A DNA stretch of 64,000 nucleotides from Candidatus Obscuribacteraceae bacterium (GCA_044226015.1 JBGAHS010000001.1:1120001-1184000); one strand, 5' to 3'. Shown: positions 38,685 to 47,860, counted from the stretch's first letter. Notes: generated from the letters alone by a model not told the origin. Program-made: numbers and translations.

Positions 38685-40763
38685 ATGATACCCGAAGAAC
38701 AAAAAGAATCGATTAGCCAGGAGGATTACGAAGCCACCTGGGCGACAATCGAGCAGACCGCGAAGGAAGAAGATCCCGCGGCTTTTGAAGATATTTTTGC
38801 TCAGTTTGCTGATGATTATGAAATTGCCCCGGAAGGTGATTCTGAGCCTGCTCCCGAGGCACCTGAGAGTGGTTCACCTGAAATTCGTGTGGGTGAAGAT
38901 CCCATTCATCCTGGCAAGTTTGCAATATTTGCAAATGGTCAAATAGTTGAGCAATTTTTTCCGACTCGTGAAGACGCTGAAGCGATGCTTGGTGACTGGG
39001 AAGAGTTCTATAGCGAGTCAAGCAATGCAGGTAACCCGTATACACTGACCCCGGTCTCTTCAGTCGAACCAGAGAAGAATCTGGATTATTATTTCGCTCT
39101 GATTCCTGACGCTCATAATCTCAAGAGAAAAATAGATTCAAGCCTGCCTTTGACTGCACGAGTTGCCGTCATTCAAGATCCATATCATGTTGACGAATGG
39201 GCAATTACACTCGATGGAGAAATTGTCGAACAACACTTTCCTACGCTTGTTTTTGCTGAACAAAGATACCTTGAATGGGAGCAGTACGCGAGAGAGAACC
39301 CTGCTTCCGATCCTGACGAGCTACTCGATCCTGAGCCTGTGCAGAAGAAGCCGAAAGCAATGTGCGCCATTTGCGGTGTCGTCTCCGTCAACAAAAACAG
39401 TCCGATTCTGAATGGGGAAAAGGTCTGCAAAAAATGTAGTATCGATTCTCAGTCTGTTGCGCAGGAGTCTGAAACCTCACAAGAGATCCCAGAGTCCACT
39501 GAACCGAATGGTGAAGGCTTCATAGCATATGCTGAGGAAGCTGATGTTATTTGGGGCTTGGGCGATTCAATATCTGCTGCTGAAGAGGACGCTCGTCAGA
39601 GCTGGAAGGAATTCTACAATCGCCTTCCAGAAGATCACGAAATCAAGACGGTTCGTGCTTCTGCATGTCTGTGTGACATGGTTCGAACTTGGGGCGGTGA
39701 ACTAAGCAACCAGGGCGACTGGACAATCACCAACGGGAAGGCAAACTTCGTAGAAGTTGATGAAGAAGTACTGAAAATCCGAAGAGCGCCTTTTATTGCT
39801 TTTGAGAACGAAGGCGAGTTCATTTTCGCGAATGGACCGACAGAGCAAATAGCAATCTATGAAGCAAAGAAATACATTGAAGCTGAAGATTATCTTGTAA
39901 CTGGTGAAATCAGAGCCGCCAAGATCTCGGAAGCTTTATACGACGATTGGATCGAAGATCGTCCGCTTCAGTGGAGGCTTGATTCAGAAGGTGTCGCTCG
40001 CCGCATTGACGAACCACAGATGCAAATCCAGCCTTGTTCGGCTACGTGTCCGCAGGATTGTACCAACCATCAACAGATGCAAATCCAGGAACAAACACCA
40101 GCGGAAACCGTAAAGACCGAAGCTGGGTTAATCGATCCTGATACGGGAGAGGTTATTGATCCCAGCCTCATCTATCGGAAATTCGGTTGGACAGAATTGC
40201 CTGTTCTTTCAAAACTTCCCTCAAAAGAAGAGATTGCAGAGTTCAAAGGCAAACTCGACCAGGTCGCGGATCTCATGCTGACATACTCGGAGAAGGTTGA
40301 GCGCTGGACCGCCGCTAATGAGCTTCGCTGTAAGCCTCTGGTGAAAGCCATTGAGTTTTACCAGACTCAATTCATCGAACCCATGAGCAGAATGGTTGGA
40401 CCTTACGGACTGCCCACCTATCAGAGCGGTAAGAAGAAAGGGCAATATTCTGCAAAATCAATGGTGTTGCCGTCTGGCGTTATCTCATTCATTGCCAGTG
40501 GTGGCGCTTTCGTTCACGATTCTGCCCTTGTCAAAAAACACATCGAAGAGAAGGGGATCGGCATGTTCGAAGCTATTGGCGCTGAGCGAGTGATCAAATA
40601 CGACCACAATAAGCTCATCTCGGCATTGAACAATGGAACGCTCCAATCTAAAGACATTCCTGGCACGGGGGTTAAGCCAAAGAACGAGTTCGCAAAGGTG
40701 TCTGTAGCTTCACCGAAGCGCACAGCTTCGCAAGTTGAGGAGCAGGCAAATGGCGAAGACTGA
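38685..40763 (+). CDS. Acidic multidomain protein with C-terminal Mu-Gam-like domain
   Basis: C-terminal helical region plus KSMVLPSGVISF. Two pairs of duplicated domains. CAIC...CKKC. Confidence 0.6.
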   Translation: MIPEEQKESISQEDYEATWATIEQTAKEEDPAAFEDIFAQFADDYEIAPEGDSEPAPEAPESGSPEIRVGEDPIHPGKFAIFANGQIVEQFFPTREDAEAMLGDWEEFYSESSNAGNPYTLTPVSSVEPEKNLDYYFALIPDAHNLKRKIDSSLPLTARVAVIQDPYHVDEWAITLDGEIVEQHFPTLVFAEQRYLEWEQYARENPASDPDELLDPEPVQKKPKAMCAICGVVSVNKNSPILNGEKVCKKCSIDSQSVAQESETSQEIPESTEPNGEGFIAYAEEADVIWGLGDSISAAEEDARQSWKEFYNRLPEDHEIKTVRASACLCDMVRTWGGELSNQGDWTITNGKANFVEVDEEVLKIRRAPFIAFENEGEFIFANGPTEQIAIYEAKKYIEAEDYLVTGEIRAAKISEALYDDWIEDRPLQWRLDSEGVARRIDEPQMQIQPCSATCPQDCTNHQQMQIQEQTPAETVKTEAGLIDPDTGEVIDPSLIYRKFGWTELPVLSKLPSKEEIAEFKGKLDQVADLMLTYSEKVERWTAANELRCKPLVKAIEFYQTQFIEPMSRMVGPYGLPTYQSGKKKGQYSAKSMVLPSGVISFIASGGAFVHDSALVKKHIEEKGIGMFEAIGAERVIKYDHNKLISALNNGTLQSKDIPGTGVKPKNEFAKVSVASPKRTASQVEEQANGED

Positions 40764-41214
40764 TAAGGAAATCGAAGCTGAGGCAAAACTCGCTGTAAAC
40801 GGAGTTATTCGCACTCACAAAAAAATGGCAGTTGAAAAACTTCGCCCAGAAATTAGAAAGGCTTTTCCTTTCGGTCCCACAGCTTCGGCTCGTGAAAAGC
40901 GCATCTGGGAAGACACTGTAAAACTCGCCCTGGACGAAATGTCTCGATGGCCGCAAACGCTTCCAATCATTTTGCTGGTAGCACTCACCCTAACAACACA
41001 ACCTGCGGTTTGCGATTCGTTCAAAAAAGACGGCAAGCAATGGTATGTCGTGACCGATGACGGCTCCATGCACATGAGCGTGGCACCAAATGAAGTGCCA
41101 CTTAAAACACGCGCTACTCATGGTGCCAAGGTGGCAGGAAAGTGGCTCTGGCTCGGATTCAAGACGCTCGGACAGAAGGCTAGCCGCTCCAACATAATTT
41201 TCATTTTTAACTAA
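40750..41214 (+). CDS. Phage hypothetical protein with internal hydrophobic segment
   Basis: ATG at 40750 after GAGGAG. AFPFG...IW motif, then a signal-like stretch. Confidence 0.6.
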   Translation: MAKTDKEIEAEAKLAVNGVIRTHKKMAVEKLRPEIRKAFPFGPTASAREKRIWEDTVKLALDEMSRWPQTLPIILLVALTLTTQPAVCDSFKKDGKQWYVVTDDGSMHMSVAPNEVPLKTRATHGAKVAGKWLWLGFKTLGQKASRSNIIFIFN

Positions 41215-41265
41215 GAGCGCTCGTGCTCGAAATTTTGGTGCCAATAACTAAACAGGAGAAATATA

Positions 41266-41607
41266 ATGACATCAGCAACACAACCACTTCGCTATCGCCA
41301 AGGCGACGTAATTCTAGAAAAAATCGAGAATATTCCTTCAAGCCATACCGAAGAAAAGCCAGGTCCGAAAGGATTAGTTTTGAAATTCGGATCGGCAACA
41401 GGACACATGCACCGTATTTTGCAAGGTGCGCGACTATTGAAGGCACCCGAGAATTCCGAAGGCACTAACGACGTTCTTGTCGTCGGAGACGAAGGGGCTG
41501 ATTTGGTACATGAAGAACACGCCACCATCCACCTTCCGGCAGGTAATTACGCGCTTTTGCAGCAGCGTGAATATTCTCCCGAAGCAATTCGGACGGTGAT
41601 GGATTAA
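41266..41607 (+). CDS. Conserved His-rich small protein, partner of DUF6745
   Basis: YRQGDV, GxxTGHxH, LVHEEH, LPAGNY...QREY motifs. Confidence 0.85.
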   Translation: MTSATQPLRYRQGDVILEKIENIPSSHTEEKPGPKGLVLKFGSATGHMHRILQGARLLKAPENSEGTNDVLVVGDEGADLVHEEHATIHLPAGNYALLQQREYSPEAIRTVMD

Positions 41608-41653
41608 TCGCGGGATTTGTTAGTTACCTCGTTTTAGCAAAGGATTTTTCAAA

Positions 41654-43042
41654 GTGCCTATATCAACAAAAATTGAATCAATGACATCGGAGCAGATTGC
41701 TAGGCTCCCAGAGTTCGCAAAGAAATGGGTAGAGATTGGACTGCATCCAGGACCTACCGACGAAGCAAAAGCGATTGAAGCAGTTCAATCTCTTTACACA
41801 AGCGTTGGCAAGAAAGCACCACGGGTGGCACTATGCTCGTCACCACTTGTTGCATGCCTAACGATAGCGATTTTGAGAACAGTGAAGTTCGACTTCTCTA
41901 AAATCAAAATCGACGGGCAAACAACGGAGATGCTATCGTCTCCCGCCCATACTACCACCACCAACCTGAGCGATCAGGTCCTCGCTCAGGTCAGCGCTCA
42001 GGTCAGCGCTCAGGTCAGCGATCAGGTCAGCGATCAGGTCAGCGATCAGGTCCTCGCTCAGGTCAGCGCTCAGGTCAGCGCTCAGGTCAGCGCTCAGGTC
42101 AGCGCTCAGGTCAGCGCTCAGGTCAGCGCTCAGGTCAGCGATCAGGTCCTCGCTCAGGTCAGCGCTCAGGTCCTCGCTCAGGTCAGCGCTCAGGTCAGCG
42201 ATCAGGTCCTCGATCAGGTCAGCGATCAGGTCCTCGCTCAGGTCAGCGCTCAGGTCCTCGCTCAGGTCAGCGATCAGGTCCTCGCTCAGGTCAGCGCTCA
42301 GGTCAGCGCTCAGGTCAGCGATCAGGTCCTCGCTCAGGTCAGCGCTCAGGTCAGCGATCAGGTCCGGCAGCTCACCAGATACTACTGGTACTGGTGGCTC
42401 CCAGGCGCATACGGCACCTCACACTGGCTGGCATACCTCGATTTCATCAAAGAGGTTTTGAATCCGCCAAATGTGGACTTCAAAAAGGTCGACGCCCTGA
42501 TAGCGACTGCAAAAACTGTGTGCGCCGTCTTCACCTTCGAAACTACCGCATTTGCTGTTAAACAAGCTTTGTGGACTGAAAGAGATGAGCGAGGACGGTT
42601 GCACTCACCTGATAAAGCGGCAGTGCAATACGAAGATGGCTTCAATGTTTACGCTTGGCACGGTGTAAGAATGCCGGCCGAAATCTACGAGAATCCAAAG
42701 AGCTTCACAGTTCGTAGAATCGACAAAGAACGCAATGCAGAAGTCAAACGAGCCATGCTGGAAAGATACGGCTGGGACAAATATCTGCATGAATCGAATG
42801 CTAGTTTGATTGATGAATCAGCAGACCAGCTAGGGAACCCTCTCAAGCTCTGGGAAAAAGAGATTGAGGGTGAGCCGGAAAAATTGGTTATGGTCGAATT
42901 CGTTAATTCGACTGCAGAGCCTGATGGCTCACACAAACACTACACAATACGAGTTCCGCAAACGATAAGAAAAGCGGCTGAAGCGCAGGCTTGGGTCTGT
43001 GGCATTCAAGCTCCTTCGATATCATTTGTCGCTCAATCTTAG
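41654..43042 (+). CDS. DUF6745-like protein with a tetrapeptide repeat insert
   Basis: RDERGRLHSPDKAAVQYEDGFNVYAWHGV, ERNAEVKRAMLERYG and NSTAEPDGS...RVP motifs. Confidence 0.8.
   Translation: MPISTKIESMTSEQIARLPEFAKKWVEIGLHPGPTDEAKAIEAVQSLYTSVGKKAPRVALCSSPLVACLTIAILRTVKFDFSKIKIDGQTTEMLSSPAHTTTTNLSDQVLAQVSAQVSAQVSDQVSDQVSDQVLAQVSAQVSAQVSAQVSAQVSAQVSAQVSDQVLAQVSAQVLAQVSAQVSDQVLDQVSDQVLAQVSAQVLAQVSDQVLAQVSAQVSAQVSDQVLAQVSAQVSDQVRQLTRYYWYWWLPGAYGTSHWLAYLDFIKEVLNPPNVDFKKVDALIATAKTVCAVFTFETTAFAVKQALWTERDERGRLHSPDKAAVQYEDGFNVYAWHGVRMPAEIYENPKSFTVRRIDKERNAEVKRAMLERYGWDKYLHESNASLIDESADQLGNPLKLWEKEIEGEPEKLVMVEFVNSTAEPDGSHKHYTIRVPQTIRKAAEAQAWVCGIQAPSISFVAQS
41966..42361 (+). repeat. 33 x 12-bp coding tandem repeat, V(S/L)(A/D)Q
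   Basis: Unit GTC-(AGC/CTC)-(GCT/GAT)-CAG. The first unit begins CTG. Confidence 0.98.
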
Positions 43043-43051
43043 GAGAACTAA

Positions 43052-43477
43052 ATGATCAACAACGTTGTTATTGTTGGCCGCGCCGGAAAAGCACCAGAAC
43101 TGAAAACGTTCTCGTCTGGTGCTCAGGTTGCTTCACTCTCGATGGCAATCAAGCGTCCAACAAAAGAGGACGAAACAGATTGGATCGATGTAAAAATCTG
43201 GGGCAAAAGTGCAGAAATTGCCCAAAAGTACATCAAGAAAGGTGACTTGTTTGGCGTCGAAGGACGCCTACATCAAGAGACCTGGGAGCAGGAAGGACAG
43301 AAACGTTCAAAGCTGATAGTTGCGGCCAACAATGTTCGTTTGATGCAGCCAAAAGCTGAGGGTGCTGAAGCGTCGAAATCATCACCGTCGAAAGAGTCAA
43401 AGAGCTCAAATCCATATGACTCTGACAATGTTGATTTAGACAGCATCTTTGCTAGCGAAGACGAGATCCCCTTCTAA
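43052..43477 (+). CDS. ssb: Single-stranded DNA-binding protein
   Basis: MINNVVIVGR, TDWIDV, VEGRL motifs. Acidic tail ending DEIPF. Confidence 0.95.
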   Translation: MINNVVIVGRAGKAPELKTFSSGAQVASLSMAIKRPTKEDETDWIDVKIWGKSAEIAQKYIKKGDLFGVEGRLHQETWEQEGQKRSKLIVAANNVRLMQPKAEGAEASKSSPSKESKSSNPYDSDNVDLDSIFASEDEIPF

Positions 43478-43486
43478 AGGTGCCCC

Positions 43487-43933
43487 ATGATTCACATTGA
43501 GGTGTTAGGAATTCCACGCCCAGGCGGGAGCAAAACTCCAGGACAAAACAAAAAGACGGGAAAGCTTTTTGTACGTCCGAGCAATCCTAACACCGCAGTG
43601 TGGAGATCTGAAGTTACCCAGGCGGCTTCACTGCAATATGCAGGACCTCTGCTATCGGGTCCAGTGAAGATGACCTATGAATTCCTCTTCCCGCGTCCTA
43701 AAAAACATTTTGGCACAGGCAAAAATGCTCAAAAGCTGAAAGATGCCGCTCCACGCTGGCACGTTACAAAGCCAGACCTTACCAAAATTATTCGATCTAC
43801 AGAAGATGCACTAACAGGAATTGTTTGGAAAGACGATTGCCTGGTTTGCAAAAGGCTTGAGTCCAAACGCTATTGCTACGAAGGCGAACGCCCAGGCGTA
43901 CGACTAACTATAGAAGAAATACAAAATGCTTGA
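43487..43933 (+). CDS. rusA: RusA family Holliday junction resolvase
   Basis: KPDLTKIIRSTEDALTGIVWKDD motif. Confidence 0.9.
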   Translation: MIHIEVLGIPRPGGSKTPGQNKKTGKLFVRPSNPNTAVWRSEVTQAASLQYAGPLLSGPVKMTYEFLFPRPKKHFGTGKNAQKLKDAAPRWHVTKPDLTKIIRSTEDALTGIVWKDDCLVCKRLESKRYCYEGERPGVRLTIEEIQNA

Positions 43934-45725
43934 AGTTGCCCAAATTGTTTCCCTACTACACGCCAAGCACAGTGGTAATGCGTGGATAGCTAAGTGTCCA
44001 GTGCATGACGATCAAACAGAAAGTCTAACAATTCGCCAGGGTGACAAAGCGGCTCTGCTTAAGTGCCACCGTGGTTGTCCAAATAATCAAATCGTTGAAG
44101 AGATAAATCGAATGCTAGGGCGTCCCGTTAGAAACGAAAAAACATTTCCAACACCACCAAAAGCTGGATCGACATCAGCTAAGAAGGTTGTCGCAACATA
44201 CGATTATGTGGATGCCGCAGGTAATTTGCTCTATCAAAAACTGAGATTTGATCCCAAGGACTTCCGAATCAGAAAACCAAATGGCTCCGGCTGGGATTGG
44301 AGCCTGACTGGAGTAAACGAAGTTCTGTATAACCTACCTGCAATAAATCAGGCTCTTTTCTCCGGAGAAACTATATTCATCGTTGAAGGTGAAAAAGACG
44401 CGGATAACATTTCGAAGCTTGGGTTTGTTGCGACAACAAACACACATGGAGCCAGTAAAGAAGAGACCAGGAGCAAATGGAAGCACGATCTGAGTAAAAG
44501 TCTCCAAGGTGCTTCAGAAGTTGTGATCCTTCCAGACAACGACAGTACGGGGAATGCTCACGCCAATTCAGTAGCTGCTAGTTTGCACCAGTTTCAAATC
44601 CCTGTGAAGATTGTTCGCCTTCCAGGTCTGCCAGAAAAAGGGGATGCTTCAGATTTCCTTGCAGCTGGTGGCACGAAAGAACAGATTATTTCTTTAGCTG
44701 AATCAGCCCCTTTCGTTCGACCGGACGGACAAACTGCAGCACCAGGGCTGTCTACTTTGACTGTCGCGGAGCTGATGAATCAGCATTTCGTTGCACCTCG
44801 CTGGGCAATCGAAGACTTACTACCAGAAGGGCTTACCCTGCTAACCGGAGCTCCAAAAATGGGGAAATCCTGGATGTCCTTGCAGATAGCCCTAGCAGTC
44901 TCCCGCGGTGAAAAAGTACTTGGCGATTTTCTCGCAGATAAAGGCGAGGTTCTCTATCTTGCTTTAGAAGATAGCTTCAGACGATTACAGCAAAGGGTAT
45001 CAATACTCGCTGACGATTCCAAACTTGTTGACAACAAGAATTTGATCATGTGTACCGAATTGGAAGGTATGGAAAATGGCGGTGTCACCGCCCTTGAATC
45101 GTTTTTAGAGAGTCATCCTAATTGCCGATTGGTGATAATTGATACATTGCCTCGCTTTGTGCCACCACCAGAGACGAAAGCGAATGCTTATCAAAACGAT
45201 TACAAGGTCTACAGCAAACTTCAGAAGCTGGCGATCAAACACCGAATAGCGTTAGTAGGAGTTCAGCACTTACGCAAAGCCAAGGCTTCAGGTGGCGATC
45301 AATTAGATGAGGTCTCAGGCAGTGCTGGCGCTACCGGTGCAGCCGATACCATTTGGGTTCTAAAAAGACAGCGAACTGAATCAACTGGCAGTCTCATGAT
45401 TACAGGGCGAGACGTAGACGAGAAGTTGTTTGATACTGAATTCAACAAAGATACATGCAAGTGGTCTCTCGGTGGAGACAACAGAGGTGAGCAACGCCGG
45501 AAGACTTTAGTCCAGCTAACGACACACTTTGGATCTGAAAGTTTTACTTATGCTTCCGTTGTTGATGCCTTAGGCATGTCTTTAACAAATAGTAAAAGGC
45601 TTGTCGGCGATCTCGTTTCCGCTAGCTATGTGGTTCGTTTAAAAGAGAAGATCGGAAGAGCATTTCAATTCAAGCTGACAGATCGTATGACTGATGTCGT
45701 TCTCGGAGGTGCCGAGGATGAGTGA
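43926..45725 (+). CDS. Primase-helicase (Zn-binding, TOPRIM, RepA-like AAA domain)
   Basis: CPVHDD...CHRGC, VEGEKD, PDND, GAPKMGKS and VIIDT motifs. Confidence 0.9.
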   Translation: MLEVAQIVSLLHAKHSGNAWIAKCPVHDDQTESLTIRQGDKAALLKCHRGCPNNQIVEEINRMLGRPVRNEKTFPTPPKAGSTSAKKVVATYDYVDAAGNLLYQKLRFDPKDFRIRKPNGSGWDWSLTGVNEVLYNLPAINQALFSGETIFIVEGEKDADNISKLGFVATTNTHGASKEETRSKWKHDLSKSLQGASEVVILPDNDSTGNAHANSVAASLHQFQIPVKIVRLPGLPEKGDASDFLAAGGTKEQIISLAESAPFVRPDGQTAAPGLSTLTVAELMNQHFVAPRWAIEDLLPEGLTLLTGAPKMGKSWMSLQIALAVSRGEKVLGDFLADKGEVLYLALEDSFRRLQQRVSILADDSKLVDNKNLIMCTELEGMENGGVTALESFLESHPNCRLVIIDTLPRFVPPPETKANAYQNDYKVYSKLQKLAIKHRIALVGVQHLRKAKASGGDQLDEVSGSAGATGAADTIWVLKRQRTESTGSLMITGRDVDEKLFDTEFNKDTCKWSLGGDNRGEQRRKTLVQLTTHFGSESFTYASVVDALGMSLTNSKRLVGDLVSASYVVRLKEKIGRAFQFKLTDRMTDVVLGGAEDE

Positions 45726-46053
45726 GGTCAGATCTGAATTGCGCGCATGGATTGCGCGAATGCTCAAATGCAAAACGCTGGAAGAGATCAAATCGTGCCT
45801 TCAGGAATTTTCTTTCTATCGGTGGACACTTGAAGAAAAGTCGATCATGTCCTCGCTGTATAGCCCAAAAGCAAACAAGCTGTTGTCCAGCAGTGAGGAC
45901 AAATGGAGGCACTTAGAGGACCTGGAAGAGCTTTGTTGGACCAACAAGAACGTGAGGCAACAGAATGAACAAACTAGTAACAATTTCAAAATATTTTCCG
46001 GGCTGGAAGAGAACCAAGTCATTCTCCGCACTGATTTGGACGCAAGAGCATGA
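45718..46053 (+). CDS. Phage hypothetical protein
   Basis: GGAGG upstream. Overlaps the end of the primase-helicase gene. Confidence 0.55.
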   Translation: MSEVRSELRAWIARMLKCKTLEEIKSCLQEFSFYRWTLEEKSIMSSLYSPKANKLLSSSEDKWRHLEDLEELCWTNKNVRQQNEQTSNNFKIFSGLEENQVILRTDLDARA

Positions 46054-46210
46054 AAACGAACCCGACTTCGTCATGGAGTCAGAGAACAAAGAGCAGGTGC
46101 TCAGAGAAGCCCAGAGCTTTCCTGGTGCGCGTCTTGTTCAGCTTGAGAATTCTAGCTCAATTGAAGAATACAGACTTGGCTGGACCTTGGCGTTCTGCGA
46201 AACACACTAG
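45965..46210 (+). CDS. Phage hypothetical protein
   Basis: GAGG RBS. Operon packing. Confidence 0.5.
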   Translation: MNKLVTISKYFPGWKRTKSFSALIWTQEHENEPDFVMESENKEQVLREAQSFPGARLVQLENSSSIEEYRLGWTLAFCETH

Positions 46211-46221
46211 AAGAGAAAACA

Positions 46222-46548
46222 ATGGCATTTGCAAGATTTGAAAAGAATGGACAAGTCGCTTTCTCCGAAGGCTCACGTATATTGAGAGTTCCTTCAGAGA
46301 AGGCTTGCCGAGAGCGATTAATAAAACTCTTGGAAGAAGTTGGCGGTGATACCAATCACGATGATGTCAAAGAATTTTGGCTTGAGCGTTCTCGTGAGAC
46401 CGGAAGCAGTGATGATTTGATTGCTGCATGGGCTGCTGAGACTTTCGAGCGGTTGAATAACGTCTGGAAAGATATTTGTACGCCACCAGATGCGGTGCCG
46501 CCGCCGGCAGAAGATGTTTTCTCGGCATTTGGATTCGGAGGTGATTGA
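46222..46548 (+). CDS. Phage hypothetical protein
   Basis: Operon packing. Confidence 0.6.
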   Translation: MAFARFEKNGQVAFSEGSRILRVPSEKACRERLIKLLEEVGGDTNHDDVKEFWLERSRETGSSDDLIAAWAAETFERLNNVWKDICTPPDAVPPPAEDVFSAFGFGGD

Positions 46549-46751
46549 TTGTGGACGAGATAAAGCCCGTCGAACTGTCGAAGGAGCAAGTAGAGTTTCT
46601 CGAAAATCAGGCGAGAATTAGACGAGCTATAGAGAGGTTCTTCGTTAAACCGATTCACTGTGAGCGGTGCGATGAACTGACTGAGAGGAACCAGAGCAAG
46701 AGCTGGTGCGCTAAACATATGCCGGTTGGTCCAAAAACTAGGTGGGGGTGA
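46545..46751 (+). CDS. Small Cys/His phage protein
   Basis: GGAGGTG RBS. CERC...CAKH. Confidence 0.55.
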   Translation: MIVDEIKPVELSKEQVEFLENQARIRRAIERFFVKPIHCERCDELTERNQSKSWCAKHMPVGPKTRWG

Positions 46752-46754
46752 GCG

Positions 46755-46991
46755 ATGAAGTACTTTGATATGTCAAACCATAATGAAGATTGCCGAATTC
46801 GTCAGATCGGTTTGAAGGTCATGGAGAATCCGGGAGCGATAATCGGCTTTGTCACAGATGATGACGAAGGTAAGCTTGAGCGATACATAGCAAAGATCCA
46901 AGAATGGTTTCCGCTGGTTGAGCTGATTGATAAACATCCGGGACCGGTGCCGAAGACGGTTTTGGCTAGATTGCGACGCAAAGGCGATTAA
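46755..46991 (+). CDS. Phage hypothetical protein
   Basis: Operon packing. Confidence 0.6.
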   Translation: MKYFDMSNHNEDCRIRQIGLKVMENPGAIIGFVTDDDEGKLERYIAKIQEWFPLVELIDKHPGPVPKTVLARLRRKGD

Positions 46992-47002
46992 CTGGAGCTC
47001 GA

Positions 47003-47074
47003 AAAGTGATACCACTTTCACCTCGAGCACAAAGTGATATCACAATCACCTCGAGCTAAAACTGACATCAGTTT
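47003..47074. promoter_or_regulatory. Three 16-bp palindromic boxes at 28-bp period, putative operator array
   Basis: AAAGTGATACCACTTT (47003), AAAGTGATATCACAAT (47031), AAACTGACATCAGTTT (47059). Spacers CACCTCGAGCAC and CACCTCGAGCTA. Confidence 0.75.
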
Positions 47075-47087
47075 GAAGGATTCAAAA

Positions 47088-47294
47088 ATGACACGACATC
47101 GTAAAGAAACGCGCATGGTGACTACGTTGCGGCTGCCTGAAGCTCTAATGAAAAGAGTGGATCGCTATGTGGTTATGAACAAGACAAAGCGTTACGGGGA
47201 AACCCTGAGTAGAAATCACGTGATCGAGCAAGCGCTCACTGAGTTTTTGGAGAAACAAGAGAAAGCAAAATCAGAAAGGAGAACGAGCTGGTGA
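47088..47294 (+). CDS. Ribbon-helix-helix (Arc/CopG-like) DNA-binding protein
   Basis: TTLRLPEALMKRVD...SRNHVIEQALTEFL. GAAGGA RBS. Confidence 0.8.
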   Translation: MTRHRKETRMVTTLRLPEALMKRVDRYVVMNKTKRYGETLSRNHVIEQALTEFLEKQEKAKSERRTSW

Positions 47295-47860
47295 GAATTA
47301 CGAGCGGCAAAGGCAGCAAGCAGGATTACCAATCACCTTCTGATTTTATCGAAGTGGTTGAGTACACTACCGGTCGGATATCCTTCGATCTTGCCGCAAG
47401 CTATCACAATAGACAATCGGATCTCTACTTTGCCAAGCCTGGCTCAAATGATCCACACGCCCAGGCGATAGATTCACTTGCCCAAGATTGGGTAGCTTTG
47501 AGTCGCAGAGTGCCGCCCGGTAGCCTGCTTTGGCTCAATCCAGAATGGTCGAACATAACGCCCTGGGCGCGCAAGTGCTTTGAGTCTGCACCACATTTGG
47601 TGCGCCGCGTCAAAATTGCGTTTCTCGTACCTGCGTCAGTAGGTTCGAACTGGTTCCTAGATTATGTCTTTGAGAAGTCATACACAAGATTTCTCAACGG
47701 TCGTCTGACTTTTGTTGGACATCAAGACGCTTACACAAAAGATTGCATGTTCTCGCTCTTCGGTGCCGATGTGCCGTTAAGAGCGGAGCCTTGGAAATGG
47801 ACAGAAACACTCAAACAAATTCAGGAGGTCACGAGCAAATGCTCAATGCTGCACAAATAA
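47291..47860 (+). CDS. Phage DNA N6-adenine methyltransferase-like protein (Dam family), atypical catalytic motif
   Basis: QDYQSP, FDLAAS, DSLAQDW, WLNPEW, FLVPAS and FLNGRLTF motifs. Confidence 0.8.
   Translation: MRITSGKGSKQDYQSPSDFIEVVEYTTGRISFDLAASYHNRQSDLYFAKPGSNDPHAQAIDSLAQDWVALSRRVPPGSLLWLNPEWSNITPWARKCFESAPHLVRRVKIAFLVPASVGSNWFLDYVFEKSYTRFLNGRLTFVGHQDAYTKDCMFSLFGADVPLRAEPWKWTETLKQIQEVTSKCSMLHK

Noticed and set aside
41966..42361. Diversity-generating retroelement target
   Set aside because: No reverse transcriptase or template repeat in the window. Variation is limited to two fixed alternatives rather than random adenine substitution.
47003..47074. Possible mini-CRISPR
   Set aside because: The 28-bp period is too short and the spacers are nearly identical. 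An operator array fits better.
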